Shown piece after piece: positions 26,063 through 39,300 of a DNA stretch of 64,000 nt. The notes under the pieces were generated by a model, which saw only the letters and a list, made by a program, of their open reading frames with translations, had not been told where the DNA came from and ran no database searches. Made by a program: the position numbers and the translations under genes. The DNA comes from Spongospora subterranea f. sp. subterranea (lineage: Eukaryota): positions 124,001-188,000 of the forward strand of contig JAUGWO010000064.1 of NCBI GenBank assembly GCA_049724395.1. The letters run 5' to 3'. Numbering within the stretch: position 1 is the stretch's first letter; every line of letters starts with the position of its first letter.

Positions 26063-27992
26063 ATGACCCGGTCATCGTTGCAAGGAAGCGGGAGTACTGA
26101 CGTTTGCTGCGGTGGTCGAAGCGTGTTCTACCTGCACATCATCATGCTTGTCGTTGTCATAGCGTGCACGGTGTCAGTTTGGATTGTGATCAGACGATTT
26201 CATTCCGACACTGTTTTGATGGCGCAATTGTGGTCCAAAAGCTACGACCAACTGCTTCACCATGGGAACATCAGGCGATATTACTTAGAAATGTCTCTTG
26301 AAAATCATCCTAATATTGATGCAGTTCGTTCCAAGTATAGACTGTTGATGTTAGATGAATTAGGAAAGTTTGATCGGCACCATAAGAATGCACACGCTGC
26401 TGAGAGGCAATGGTTCCGTTCGCTGGTGGCAGCGTCCGACACAGAAAAGATCGAGAAATGGCTGGCGTTTTGTAAAGATTTTTTAGGTTCAGGGTTCAAA
26501 TATGATTTGCCAGCGAGAAATCAAGTCAAGACGATTTCTCACGATGCCCATATAGCATTAACGCATGTGGTCGAGGCGTATAGAGATCGAATGGAAAAGA
26601 CTGTTGATGAACGGGCTGACCTGACCGGTATGGTGTTCTTGGCCATCTCAACCCTTGTCGTGGTCGGCCTTATGTTCCTCGTTCGGGCTGAATTCTTACA
26701 GCAGCAAGCTACAATTCAACTAGCCGAGGAGTTAGCCAGCGTTATTCACGATGTTCGAACACCTCAGCAGGTCATCGTATCGGCTGTCGCGCTCATATCC
26801 CAAACCTCTTTAGACTCCGGTGCTGTTGCCGATCTAATTCAGGTTATATCGGATTCCTGCTCAGCGACTCAACGCCTTCTGGATACAGCTCTAATTCGCG
26901 TGAGAGCGAAAGCGGCTCCTGAACCTGTTCCTTTGCCTTCGGTATTTCAAAGTGTCAGCAATATTCAAGGCATCGCATGTCGTGATAAAGGCCTGACGTG
27001 GCGTTGCGATATCGATCCCAGCAGCAAAATTGCCGTCTTTGTCGATAGTGACGCCATTTTACAGATTGTGGTAAGAAAATTCATTAGCCATCCTCGAACC
27101 AACATCGTCCTGATTGCCTTTTCAGAACAATATCGTATCAAACGCTATCCGATATACAGATACGGGTCTGGTCGCCCTTTCGATTAAAGTTCTTCCTCCG
27201 AAACCTCCAAAACGATCGTGTTTGCGAGGCCAAATCTCCAAATCTCATACATTGGTCATAACGGTCACTGATACAGGACGAGGAATTCCAAGGGAGTCGA
27301 TGGCGATAATATTCAAGAAATTTCGACAAGTGAAAAGTGGGAGCGGTTTTGGGATTGGATTGTTTACGGTGTCGCGTTTGACGAATAGCGTCAATGGGCG
27401 TATTGATCTGTGGAGTGAACCTGGAAGGGGCACCAGATTCGTCGTCAGTGTTCCTGTATTGTTCTCATCGGCCCTCCCTGACGACCCTACAAAAGCGGCT
27501 GGGGCTGGCTCGTTGATTATCCCAATCGTACCGGCTGCACCTCGTCCACCAGCGGTCAAATCTGCACATCAGCTCGGCATTATTCTCTTGGACGATGATC
27601 CGATCACGACCAAGCTGTCCCAGCGCATCTTGATCACGGCCGGGCATTCTGTTCGCGTGTTTATGGACGGAAACGACGTGCTCAACCAATATCATGGAGC
27701 TGACGTTATTGTGTCGGATTTGAATATGCCCGAAGGGATGAACGGTCTGGAAGTCGCCAAACGATTACGGAAATCGGGGTTCACTGGTGCTTTGATCGCT
27801 CATACTGGAGACCATTTCGCCCATAGCCAATGTATTTCCAGTGGGTTCGATTCGGTCCTGCCGAAACCAACAACAGCCTTAATCTATGTCGAAACCATCG
27901 AGAAAATCTACGCGAAGAAAAGCGGTCAGAAAAGAGTCAGAAAAGTGTCCGAAACGAGTCGGAATGGAACTGATGTAGATCTCTCCGATTAG
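26063..27992 (+). CDS. membrane-bound hybrid histidine kinase (2 TM + HisKA + HATPase + receiver)
   Basis: Two TM helices, H-box IHDVRTP, intron 27071-27125, N-box NIVSNAIRYT, G1 DTGRGIP, G2 GFGIGL, receiver LLDDDP...VSDLNMP...PKP. Confidence 0.93.
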
Positions 27993-28162
27993 GTCTACAT
28001 TGTGTAATTATTAAGTTCTGGGCCATTCTCGCTATAGCTTCGACATTTTCGTACGATGAAGCTGCGTTAATCTCCAGTTAATTGTCTAAAAATATATATA
28101 ATATATCAGGAAAATCGCTATGAAATTAGCTCTAGGTTTGTATTATAAAGTGGAATCCCGAT

Positions 28163-29570
28163 TTACAGCGATTTCGACCACCTCCTCAACACCGGGAACT
28201 CCGTTTCGTCATAGAGTCTTGTACCCAATTCGTGATGATAATTGACGGCGGAACCGATACTCTGTAGGCACAACCTGTGTTTGGGGAGAGACCCGATCAG
28301 TGGCGAACGACAAACGAGCCGAATCGGTTTGGGGACTTACGGGCACTGGCCTTTGTCGATGATCCATGGATCACAGCAATCGCGATGGAATCGATGAGCA
28401 CAAGGAAGATCCCTGATGATTTCGCTCGGTCGATACGGCTCCAGGCAGATACTGCACGACGCGTTGCTCTCGCTTGCCAACAGGAGCGTCTCGCTGTAGA
28501 CCTGGGTTGGAATCGCCACCAACGACGACATATGTTGGAGTCGCCGTCGTTCACTGCTTTCCTCATCGTCGGTCGCGTGCGAGAGACTGGTCTGAACGCC
28601 GGTCATGGTCGTCAATCGCGTTGGTCTGTAGGCGAACACCAACAGCGTTGTGGGCGCGATCAAACAGAATATGAAGACGGTCAACAGTAACGTTCTCGCC
28701 ACGATGGTCCACGACCAATCGGCTCTCACGTGTTCCGGTGCCGTTGACGCAACAATCGTCAACGAGCAATCGCATTCGCATCTCATCAGGACTACGTAGA
28801 ACCCGACAGGAACATGAAGACTGTACTGCTTTGCTGGCACATTCGGTTTGGACGCGAATACCGACCCGACCAGACCGGACGATCGCATTTCGACCTCGCT
28901 GATCGCCGACAGGAACACGGGATGGGAACAGGACGCGTCGGCACTGATATGGACGCCAGGATGATGGACCTGAACCACAACCTGGGTAGGCTGGCCACCC
29001 GGCAATGCGATCGACATCGGCCGGTCCTGGTGGAGTTGACCCGCTTTCACACCCGAACAGGGTGAACTCGATCGGTCGCGAGCAGTTGGATAGACCGTTG
29101 GAGATGATGGTCAATGTCAACGAGCAGATGATCTCGGACGATACCGCCTGCCCATCGCATAACGCGGCCAGCGCGTTCGCTCGCAGCAGGATCGACGTGC
29201 GACCGTTCTTCGGGACCACCTCGATGAACTTCGTGTTGTGCGAGACGATCAGGCCCAGATCGGGATGGGGTTCCCAGGGCGAATTTCGGTATGATAATTG
29301 GAATATGATTGCTTGGTCGTAGGAGTCGATGGGAACGGCGTTGACGTACGCCAACGGGGAATTCTCTAGTAAACCCGACAGCTCGAGGCGGCCGAACTCA
29401 TCGAACTCCAACGACGAGTTCGACTTGATCAAGGGCGGGGGATCGTCGGGCGATTCCGAGATTGAACAACTGGGCCCATTCGAGAGCAACGACGATTGGG
29501 ACGGGATCTGGTAAAATTGGAAGAACGTCACGGACGCGGCGATGAAGGCGGTGACGATGGCAAATGCCAT
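28163..29570 (-). CDS. transmembrane RING-H2 E3 ubiquitin ligase
   Basis: N-terminal hydrophobic stretch, internal TM, RING CSICLEPY...LPCAHRFHRDCCDPW...CP|LC completed by a GTAAGT...CACAG intron. Frame change near 29050; 5' end uncertain. Confidence 0.85.
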
Positions 29571-30361
29571 CCACTGCAGGGACCTCAGACTGGGTGTGTA
29601 GAGAGCTCCTCAATCGCCCTACTCGATAGGTCGTTCCGGCTGAACATTCCCATCGCGGCCATCGCTCAACAGCGCGTCGAGCAATGCCGATCGTACGTGA
29701 TTTTGGGGAATGTGTTTTTCCCGAACCGGAACATGACCCGGTTGAATCGGACCGTGACTCATTTCCCCCATTTCGGTATGTTCTTGTCCCGTCATGTGAT
29801 GTTACGGTGGACGGGTGTTAGCGCCATGTTGACTGTCCCCGATTCCGTTACGACTCTGGGTCGTGGTCGCGACCGTCGAACGGGGCGACCAAGGACGTGG
29901 AGTCGCAACAGTCAATGGCTATGGGATAGGGTCGCCGCCTCTGGGCCGAACAGAGACCCTCTTCATGACGAAACGACATTCGTCAATCACTCGTGTTGAA
30001 TCGGTTTCAGCATCAGAATATCGTTATAGTGTTATTATCAGAATTATCGAAACGATCAAACCGGGATCTCGGCCAACTGGTCCGGCTGTCGGTCCGATCC
30101 GCTTTTAACAAACACTAAACAATCAATTTACAGCCGATAAATCGCTTTTGGCCAATACCAAATTGGTCGTTTTGTAGAAACTTGTTCCCAGTAATCTGGA
30201 GATAACGCACCGGTAACAGAATGGCAACGGATTGGGTGAGATTCGTCGCCAGATACCCAGAGTCATGTCCTGCGCGCCCAGGGCGATCTCTCGAGTACGG
30301 TTGACCGGTCGATCATTGATCTGAACTCGTCATAGGACCCAATTTATAGATAAGACCTCAG

Positions 30362-33300
30362 ATGGCGTCGCCCCGCCATAAATGGATTATTGGGCGAGCG
30401 GCCGATGGATTAGGGGTCGCCGAGACCTTGGTCGAGGATTGTTTGAAGAGTGATCTCCCCGTTGTGGAGTCGTTCTTGAACGTGGACGTGAGCGAGGGAG
30501 CGGAATATCGCCCGGTTTTATTCTTTTACGGTATCAGAGCGACGCCCGTGAAATCGGACGAGAACCATGGGACGCCCGGCGCACCGTTATCGCCGATCAC
30601 GGCCGTCAAGTGCAGCGGGAAACCCGATGGGGAAGCGGAACGCGATCAGATCCTGGACCGGGCCGTGTATTTTATTCGCACCAAGGACAAGGCGGTGAAC
30701 CTGAAGGTCGGGAGCGACGAGACGGTGTTGGCCGGCGATGTTCAGGTGAACATGCTGGATCAGATCGAGGCGGTGATCTCGCAATTGAGTCTGCCGTCGT
30801 TGAGGGACCAGGACAACTGGGGCAACATCAAGGCCGACGCCGACCGCAGCGCCTTTCTGCAGAACGCCAACCGGTTCGGCGAGGGATTGCGACGCATCCT
30901 GGCCAACATGGGCTGCGATGTCGAACTGGAACCGGTCCCTGAGGCGATCGCCTCGCTGGCCAACACGCCATCCGTCCATGAACAGGCGGCGAAAGACCCA
31001 GGACAGGTCCAGGTCTGTATGGGATTGCAGACGTCGTGGTGCTCGACGATCCGCAAGTACATCGACGACGACGAGGCGGCGGACCCGGCCGGGATCACGT
31101 CGGGGCCCGAGATAGAGATCGAACGATGGAATCGGCGAATGCTCTCGCTGACGAAGGTGACGGAGCAGCTGAAACTGCCCTCGATGCAGATCGTGATCGG
31201 GATCGTCGGAGCGGCGAGGAAACAGGTCGCTCATGTTGTCGGTGGAGATCAGTCGTCGGCGCTGTCGATATTGGAGTTGTTGGAACAATGGCGAGAGGTA
31301 ATTGTCGGCGTTTTCCCCATCGCGTTCGATGTGGTTCGTGATTGTGATTGTCTGTTTTCAGACCGACGCCGCCCTGTCCGACGCGCTGAACGAGGCCAAA
31401 GACAACGTGCGGTTCCTGGAGAATCTGAGGAAGTTCATCGAGCCGCTGTACAGCGAAGGGCCCGTGGTGATCTCCGACGCCCTCCCCGCCATCATGAACT
31501 CGATGAAGATGATCCACACCCTGTCCCGGCACTACTCGACCGTCCCCCGAATGACCAACCTGTTCGTGCGCATCACGAACCAGCTGATCTGCGCCTGCAA
31601 GGCCGAGATCTACAGCAAGGAGGAGCCGCGCCGCCTTTGGGACAAGGACCCGCAGGTCGTCGTCGAGAAGATCAACTGCTGTCTGAAACTGTTCGACGAT
31701 TATCAGTGAGACACACTCGTTGCGGTGATTTCCGTCGCAGTCGCGATGGCGCTAACTTTGGCTCCAGGGATCAATATCGCGCCACGAAGAAGAAGCTGCT
31801 GACGATGGCGAAGGGGAAACAGTTCGTCTTCGACGAGGACGTGATCTTTGGGCGATTCGATCGGTTCAGCCGACGCCTGGAGAAGCTGGGCGATATGTTC
31901 TCGTCGATCCGGCAGTTTTCGGCGCTGGAGGACCAGAAGATCGACGGGATGGAGAGCGTCAACGAGAAGTTCTTCAACCTGATCGCCGATTTCAAGTCGA
32001 AAGGGCACGATCTGCTCGACTACACCAATACGGCGTTCGAGCGCGATTTCGTCGAGTTCACGATGAACAATTCGGCGCTGGAGAACGGCGTCCAGGAGTT
32101 CATCGAGCGGTCGTTCGCCAAGATCGTGTCGATCGAACAGAGCCTGCAGCTGCTGAAGCAGTTCCGGTCGATCCTCCATCGCGAGGCGCTCCAGGAGGAG
32201 CTCGACCACAAATACCAGATGATCTTCCGCGCCTATGGCGTCCAGCTCCACCAGGTCCAGGACCTGTACGAGAAGTTCAAGACGGACCCGCCCATCGCCC
32301 GCAACTTCCCCAAGATCTCGGGCAACATCCACTGGTCGCGCCAGCTCCTGCGCCGCATCACCGGCCCGATGGAGAAGTTCAAGACCAACCCGAAGGTGTT
32401 CCACCCGAAGGAGTCGCGCAAGATCGTCAAACACTACAACAAGCTGGCGCGGGTCCTGATCGAGTTCGAGACGCTCTGGTTCAAGGCCTGGTGCCAGAGC
32501 GCCGAGCAGGCCAAGCTCGGCCTGCAGTCGCGCCTGATCGTGCGCCATCCGGAGAACGGCCGCCTCTACGTCAACTTTGACCGGCGCGTTCTGATGCTGA
32601 TGAGGGAGGCGAAGAACCTGCGTCTGATGGGGTTCACGATCCCGCCGTCGGCGTCGGTCGTGCTGCTGCTGCAGGATAAGCTCAAGGGGTTCTACAACGA
32701 GGTCGCCCACGTCCTGGCGTCCTACAATCGCGTCGTCCACCTGGTGTCGCCCGTCACCGGATCGCTGCTCAAACCGCACCTGCTCGACCTGGAGAACAAG
32801 ATCCGCCCGGGGATGACGACCATGAACTGGACGTCGATGTCGATCGAGTCGTTCCTGGCGCACGTCAAGAACGGGATCTCGCGACTCGAGTACCTCTTGT
32901 GCAACATCAACGACATCGTCGAGAACCGGATCCGGAAGAACCTCCAGATGATCGGGCGCGTTCTCCTGGTTGATATCCCGTCGGACGCCGCCCTTCCCGT
33001 CCAGGAATTCGTCAAGCGCCAGCGCGCCCATATCGGCAAGTGCCAACGGGTCCTGCTCCAGAAGAACCTGGAGGTCGAGCGCGCCGTCGACGACCTGATC
33101 GCCGCCGTCGTCAGTTTCCCCCTGGACCCGTTCATCGCCAAGACCTCGTCGCGCGACATCAACAAGGTCAAACAGTATTATTCCGGTAATCTCTCGCCGC
33201 CCGATCGCCGTCCCGATTGCCCAACGGAACGCCCCCTCAGGTTTAATGTATCACGCCCTGTTGAGTTGTACGAGGGCGTCGTTGACCGTCCTGAAAAAAC

Positions 33301-36300
33301 GGGCGTCGTCGCACTCGAAGGACGCCAGTAAGATGGCGTTCTTCGAGGTCGATATATCGCTTCAGGTTCCCGACGTTCGTCTCAGCCCGAATCTCGATCA
33401 AGTCCAGGTAGGTTGCGGCGTCCGTTGAACGCGCGTCGGCGACTGATTGTGTCGGTGTCGGGGTGGGGTCAGGAAGCGATCTGCCAAGCGGCCAGGGAGA
33501 TCATCAGCTGCTCGCAACAGATCCGGGATTGGGATTACGAGGTGGACGGGGAGAAACGGGGCCAGGTCCCGTTCTACGAGAAGCTGGCCGCCGACAAGAC
33601 CACGGTCGTCAACCTGCTCCAGCTGGCCGGCGCCGTCGAGCAGACCAAGCAGCACGTCGAGTCGCACCTGGTTCGCTTCAACAAGTATTCGTGGCTGTGG
33701 CTCCAGGACCCGGAACTGGCCTACGCCGAGTTCATCGCCAACAAGAACCGCATTCTCGACGATTTCCTCGGGGAACTGCACCGGTTCGTGGAGGTCGAGA
33801 AGGAGATCGAGGCGCTGCCCGATTTCGAGCGATTGACGGCCCTCAATCTGCGCACCGACAACCTGAAACTGCAGCTGAAACACGAGTGCGATCGGTGGAA
33901 GTTCCAGTTCTCGGAGAACCTGCACCAGGAGGTGAAGGGCGACCTGGACAAGCTCACCGAGAAGATGAAGGACTTCCAGACGCGGCTGTCGCGCGAGGTC
34001 AAGGACATGTCGTCGCTGAAGTTCGTGATGGACACGCTGGCCGAGATCCGCCAGGTCGAGTCGTGGATCGACATGGAGTTCCTGTCGATAACGGAGCGGT
34101 ACAACACGCTCGAGAAGTACCTGCCGTTCGGCGTCATCACCAAGAACGAGATGGACGAGCGGTCCGTGCTGATCGGGAACTGGCGCTCGGCGATCGCCCA
34201 GGCCGAACAGGTGCTGGACAACGTCAACCAGCTGCAGGGCCCGTTCAAGGAGGACCTGATCGTCAACATCGAACAGTTCAAGGTCGACGTTCGGCAGTTC
34301 CGCGAGGAGTACGAGAAATCCGGGCCGATGGTGCCGAATCTGACCCCGGCCGAAGCGATGATGGCGCTGAACCGGGTGAAGCGCGAGTTCGAGAACCTGG
34401 CGCGGAAGTTCGACCTGTACAATTCGGGGGAGAAACTGTTCGGCCTGCAGGAGAGCGAATACGAGGACCTGAGCAAGACGCGCAAGGAGCTGAAACTGCT
34501 CGTGTCGCTGTACTCGCTGTGGAAAACGGTGCTGACGACGGTCGACGAGTACAAGATGATCCCGTGGTCGGAGGTGATCGCGTCGATCGGGCAGATGTCG
34601 GGCAACGTGGAGCTGTTCGCGTCCCAGTGCAAGAAGCTGAACAAGGAGGTGAAGTCGTGGGACGCGTACAAGGAGCTGTCGGCCACGATCAACGACTTCC
34701 TGGCGATCCTGCCGCTGCTCGAGGAGCTGTCGAAACCGTCGATCCGCGAGCGCCATTGGAAGGAGATCACGACCATCACCGGGAAGGAGTTCGACCTGAC
34801 CAACTTCGCCGAGCTCAAGCTGAAGTCGGTGCTGGAGGCGAACCTGCTCCAGTTCAAGGAGGATATCGAGGAGATCTGCGACGGGGCCGACAAACAGCTC
34901 GGGATCGAGAAGAAGCTGAAGGAGACGGACGTCCTCTGGGGGACGATGAAGTTCGAGTTCGGCCCGTGGAAGGAGCGCGGCGACGTGATCCTGGCCGGGT
35001 TCAAGATCAACGCCATCATCGAGCAGCTGGAGGAATCGCAGTCGGCGCTGGGGCAGATGTTGACCATGCGCCACGTGAAGCCGTTCGAGGAGGAGGCCAG
35101 CGCGCCTGGCTCAAGAAACTGTCGGACGTGAACGACGTGCTGGAGTCGTGGATCAAGGTGCAGCTGCTGTGGATGTCGCTGGAGGCGGTGTTCACCGGCG
35201 GCGACATCGCCAGGCAGATGCCCGGCGACACGCGCGTCTTCCTCAAGGTCGACAAGGAGTGGACGTCGCGCCTGATGGCCAAGGCCAAGGAGCTGGGCAA
35301 CGTCGTCGCCTGCTGCCAGAACGAGTACATCAAGAACATCCTGCCGTCGATGTTCACCGACCTGGAGAGCTGCCAGAAGGCGCTCGACGGGTATCTCGAG
35401 GCGAAGCGGAACAAGTTCCCGCGATTCTACTTCGTGTCGAACCCGGCGCTGTTGGTGATCCTGTCCCAGGGGAGCGACAAGGACGCCGTCCAATCGTGCT
35501 TCGCCAAGGTGTTCGACTCGATCGACCGGGTCGAGTTCAGCGGCGACAACATCGTGGCGATCAAGTCGCTGGCGTCCGGGTACGGCGTCCAGGACGTGGA
35601 GCGGATCCCGTTGACGGCGAACGTGGCGGCGCAAGGGAACATCGAGGATTGGCTTGGGGCAGCTCGAGGACACGATGAAGAAGTCGATGAAGCACGTGGT
35701 GCGGAAGGCGGCCATGGAGCTGGCCGACTTCGACCTGAACGAGATGGAGCGGTTCGTGAGCGAGTCGCCCGGGCAGGTGGCGCTACTCGGGATCCAGCTG
35801 ATGTGGACGTCGGACGTGCAGCAGTCGCTGGTGCTGGCCGCCCGCGGGAACAAGGTGTCGGTGGCCAACGCCCTGCGCAAGCAGATGCAGGTCCTGTCGC
35901 AGATCTCGGCCATGACCGTCGGCGACATCCCGACCAAGATGGAGCGGACCAAGATCGAGACCCTGGTCACGATCCAGGTCCACCAGCGCGACGAGTTCCA
36001 GACGATCTCGGCGCTCTACAAGAAGAAGCTGATCAAGTCGGCGACCGACTTCCAATGGCAGAAGCAGCTGCGCGTGACGTGGAACGCCGAGGACGACGAG
36101 TGCATCATATCGGTGGCCGACGTCAACTTCAACTACTGCTACGAATACCTCGGCTGTAAAGAGCGCCTGGTCGTGACCCCCTTGACCGATCGCTGCTACA
36201 TCTCGCTGACGCAAGCGCTGGGCATGTTCTTCGGCGGGGCGCCAGCCGGGCCGGCCGGCACGGGCAAGACCGAGACCGTCAAGGACCTGGGCCGGGCCCT

Positions 36301-39300
36301 GGGCAAGTACGTCGTCGTGTTCAACTGCAGCGACCAGATGCGCTACACCGATACGGCCAAGCTCTACAAGGGATTGTGCCAATCGGGGTCGTGGGGCTGT
36401 TTCGACGAGTTCAACCGGATCGACCTGGAGGTGCTGTCGGTCGTGGCCCAGCAGATCATGGCCGTGCTGAACGCGATGCGGGCGCGCCTGGAGCGGTTCC
36501 AGTTCCCGGGCGAGAGCGGCGAGGTGACGCTGGACGAGCGGTGCGGCTTCTTCATCACGATGAACCCGGGCTACGCCGGGCGCCAGGAACTGCCCGAGAA
36601 CCTGAAGGCGCTGTTCAGGGGCGTGGCGATGATGGTCCCCGATCGCGAGATCATCATGAAGGTGAAGCTGGCGTCGGTCGGCTACACCGAGTTCCCGATC
36701 CTGGCCCAGAAGTTTCGCGTCCTCTACGCGCTCTGCGAGGAGCAGCTGTCGAAGCAGCGCCATTACGATTTCGGATTGCGGAACATCCTGTCGGTGCTGA
36801 GGACGGCCGGGGTCAATCTGCGCGTCGAGGTGAACGCCGGCAACGCGATGGCGAAGGCGACGCTGGAGGAGATGCTGCTGATGCGCACCTTGCGCGATAT
36901 GAACATGTCGAAACTGGTCGCCGACGACGTCCCGCTCTTCATCTCGCTGTTGCACGACCTGTTCCCGAACCAGTCGGACCCGCCCAAAGCGGTCTACGCC
37001 GACGTCGAGAACGCCATGCAGGAGGCGATCAAGGCGAACAAGCTGGTGAATCACCCGTCCTGGGTGGCCAAAGCCGTTCAGCTCTACGAGACCAGTCTGG
37101 TTCGCCATGGGCTGATGATGGTCGGGCCCGCCGGCGGTGGCAAAACCATGGCCGTCAAGGTCCTGCTCGAGGCGCTCAGCGTGGTCAAGGACAAGCACGT
37201 CCTGGTGACGATGAACCCGAAGGCGATCCGCGCCGAGGAGATGTTCGGCGAGAACGATCGGATATCGGGCGAGTGGACCCATGGGATCTTCTCGTCGATC
37301 TGGTTCAAGTACAACGACAACACGCGCAATCACCACACGTGGATCTGCTGCGATGGCCCGGTCGACGCCGTCTGGATCGAGAACCTGAACACGGTCCTGG
37401 ACGACAACAAGCTGCTGACGCTGGCGAACGGCGACCGGATCCCGATGTCGGACAACGTTCGCATGCTGTTCGAGGTGGAGAACCTGAGGAACGCGTCGCC
37501 GGCGACCGTCTCCCGCGCCGGGATCATCTACGTCTCCAGCCAGGACCTCGGGTTCGTCCCGTTCGTGCAGGCGTGGCTGGTGTCGCGGCGCGACGAGGAA
37601 CGGGCGCTGATCACGGCCCTGTACGAGAAGATCATCGTCGAGAGCGACATCTTCGTGTTCCTGGGGAAGAGCACGAACAGCACGATCGTGGCCAGCGAGG
37701 TCATGTACATGACCAACTGCTTCAACCTGCTCGAGGCCCTGCTGGCGTCGTCCGTCGAGCGCCAGGTCGTGTACGGCGCCGCCCAGATCGAGCGCCTGTT
37801 CCTGTACGCGGTGGCGTGGTCGATCGGGGGCCTGTTCGAGGCCGACGACCGCCTGAAGCTGAACCAGTTCCTGCACGATCTGTGCGCGAGCAACATGCCG
37901 GCGACGTCGACGATCTACGACCACCACGTCGACCCGAAGACGCTTGACTGGAAACTGTGGGTGGCGCCCGATTGGGAATATCCTCGCGACAACTTCACGT
38001 TCTCGTCGATCCTGATCCCGACCGTCGACTCGGTGCGCGCCGAGTACCTGATCTCGAGCCTGGCGCGAACCAATCGGTCGGTGCTGGTGACGGGCGGGTC
38101 GGGAACGGCCAAGACCAGCACCGTGTTCCAGTACACGAACACGTTCGTCCCGGACAAGATGATCCTGAAGAAGATCACGTTCTCTTCGGCGACGACGTCG
38201 CGCATGTTCCAGGACTCGATCGAGGCCGATATCGAGAAGCGCCAGGGGAAGACGTACTCCCCGCCCGGCGGTCGCCAGATGACCGTCTTCCTGGACGACC
38301 TGTCGATGCCCGAGGTGAACAACTGGGGCGATCAGCCGACCTTGGAGATCGTCCGCCAGCTCGTGTCGACCGGCGGCGTCTACTTCCTCGACAAGGACAA
38401 GCGCGGCGACCGCAAAAGTGAGCTGTGGGATCGGTGTTTTTGGCGGCGATCGGCCCATTGTCTGACGTTGTGTGCTGGCTCTGTCCGATTGCAGTTATCG
38501 AGAACCTGCAGTATGTGGCGGCGATGTCCCATCCGGGCGGTGGCCGGAACGATATCCCCAATCGGCTCAAACGGCACTTCTTCATGTTCAACATGACGCC
38601 GCCGTCCCGAACCACGATCGACAACATATACGGGTCGATGAGTCGTGGACGATTCCAAGAGGTCGATCACACCCCGCTTGTTTGTTGTTTGTCGTTCGCT
38701 TTGGTCTGAGTGTCTGTGTCGTCGGAATCGCAGTCGAAGGCGCTGTTGGATATCGTCCCAACGCTGACCGACTCCACGATCCGATTGTGGCTGAAGGTGA
38801 AGGCCAAGATGCTGCCGACGCCGTCCAAGTTCCACTACATCTTCAACATGAGGGACCTGAGCCGCATCTTCCAGGGGATCCTGTTCGCCCCGATCGACGT
38901 CCTGCCGTCGGCGTCGGCGCTGATCTCGTTGTGGCGCCATGAATCAGCCAGGTGAATCATCACGACCCGGGTGTCTGTTCGACCGCCCGTTCTCACCGAC
39001 GTCACGTTCTGTGTGTGTTTCGCCCCCACAGGGTCCTGGCCGATAAACTCGTGTCGATCGCCGACCAGAAGTGGTTCTCCAGTCTGCTCGACGAGATCAC
39101 GTCCGAGGCGTTCGGCGCCGACGCCGCCAAGTTCCACCAGGCCAACCCCGTCTACTTCGTCGACTTCCTGCGCAACGACGTCGTCGACAAGGACACCGAG
39201 GAGGTGGTTGAACTGGCCCCGAAGATCTACGAACCAGCGCCCTCCTATGGCGTCGTCAAGGAACGCGTTCAGATGTTCCTGTCGAAGTTCAACGAGGCGC

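Noticed and set aside
30211..30229. RFX X-box-like site upstream of the dynein gene (GGTAACAGAATGGCAAC)
   Set aside because: Only a half-site matches, and there is no evidence here for an RFX factor.
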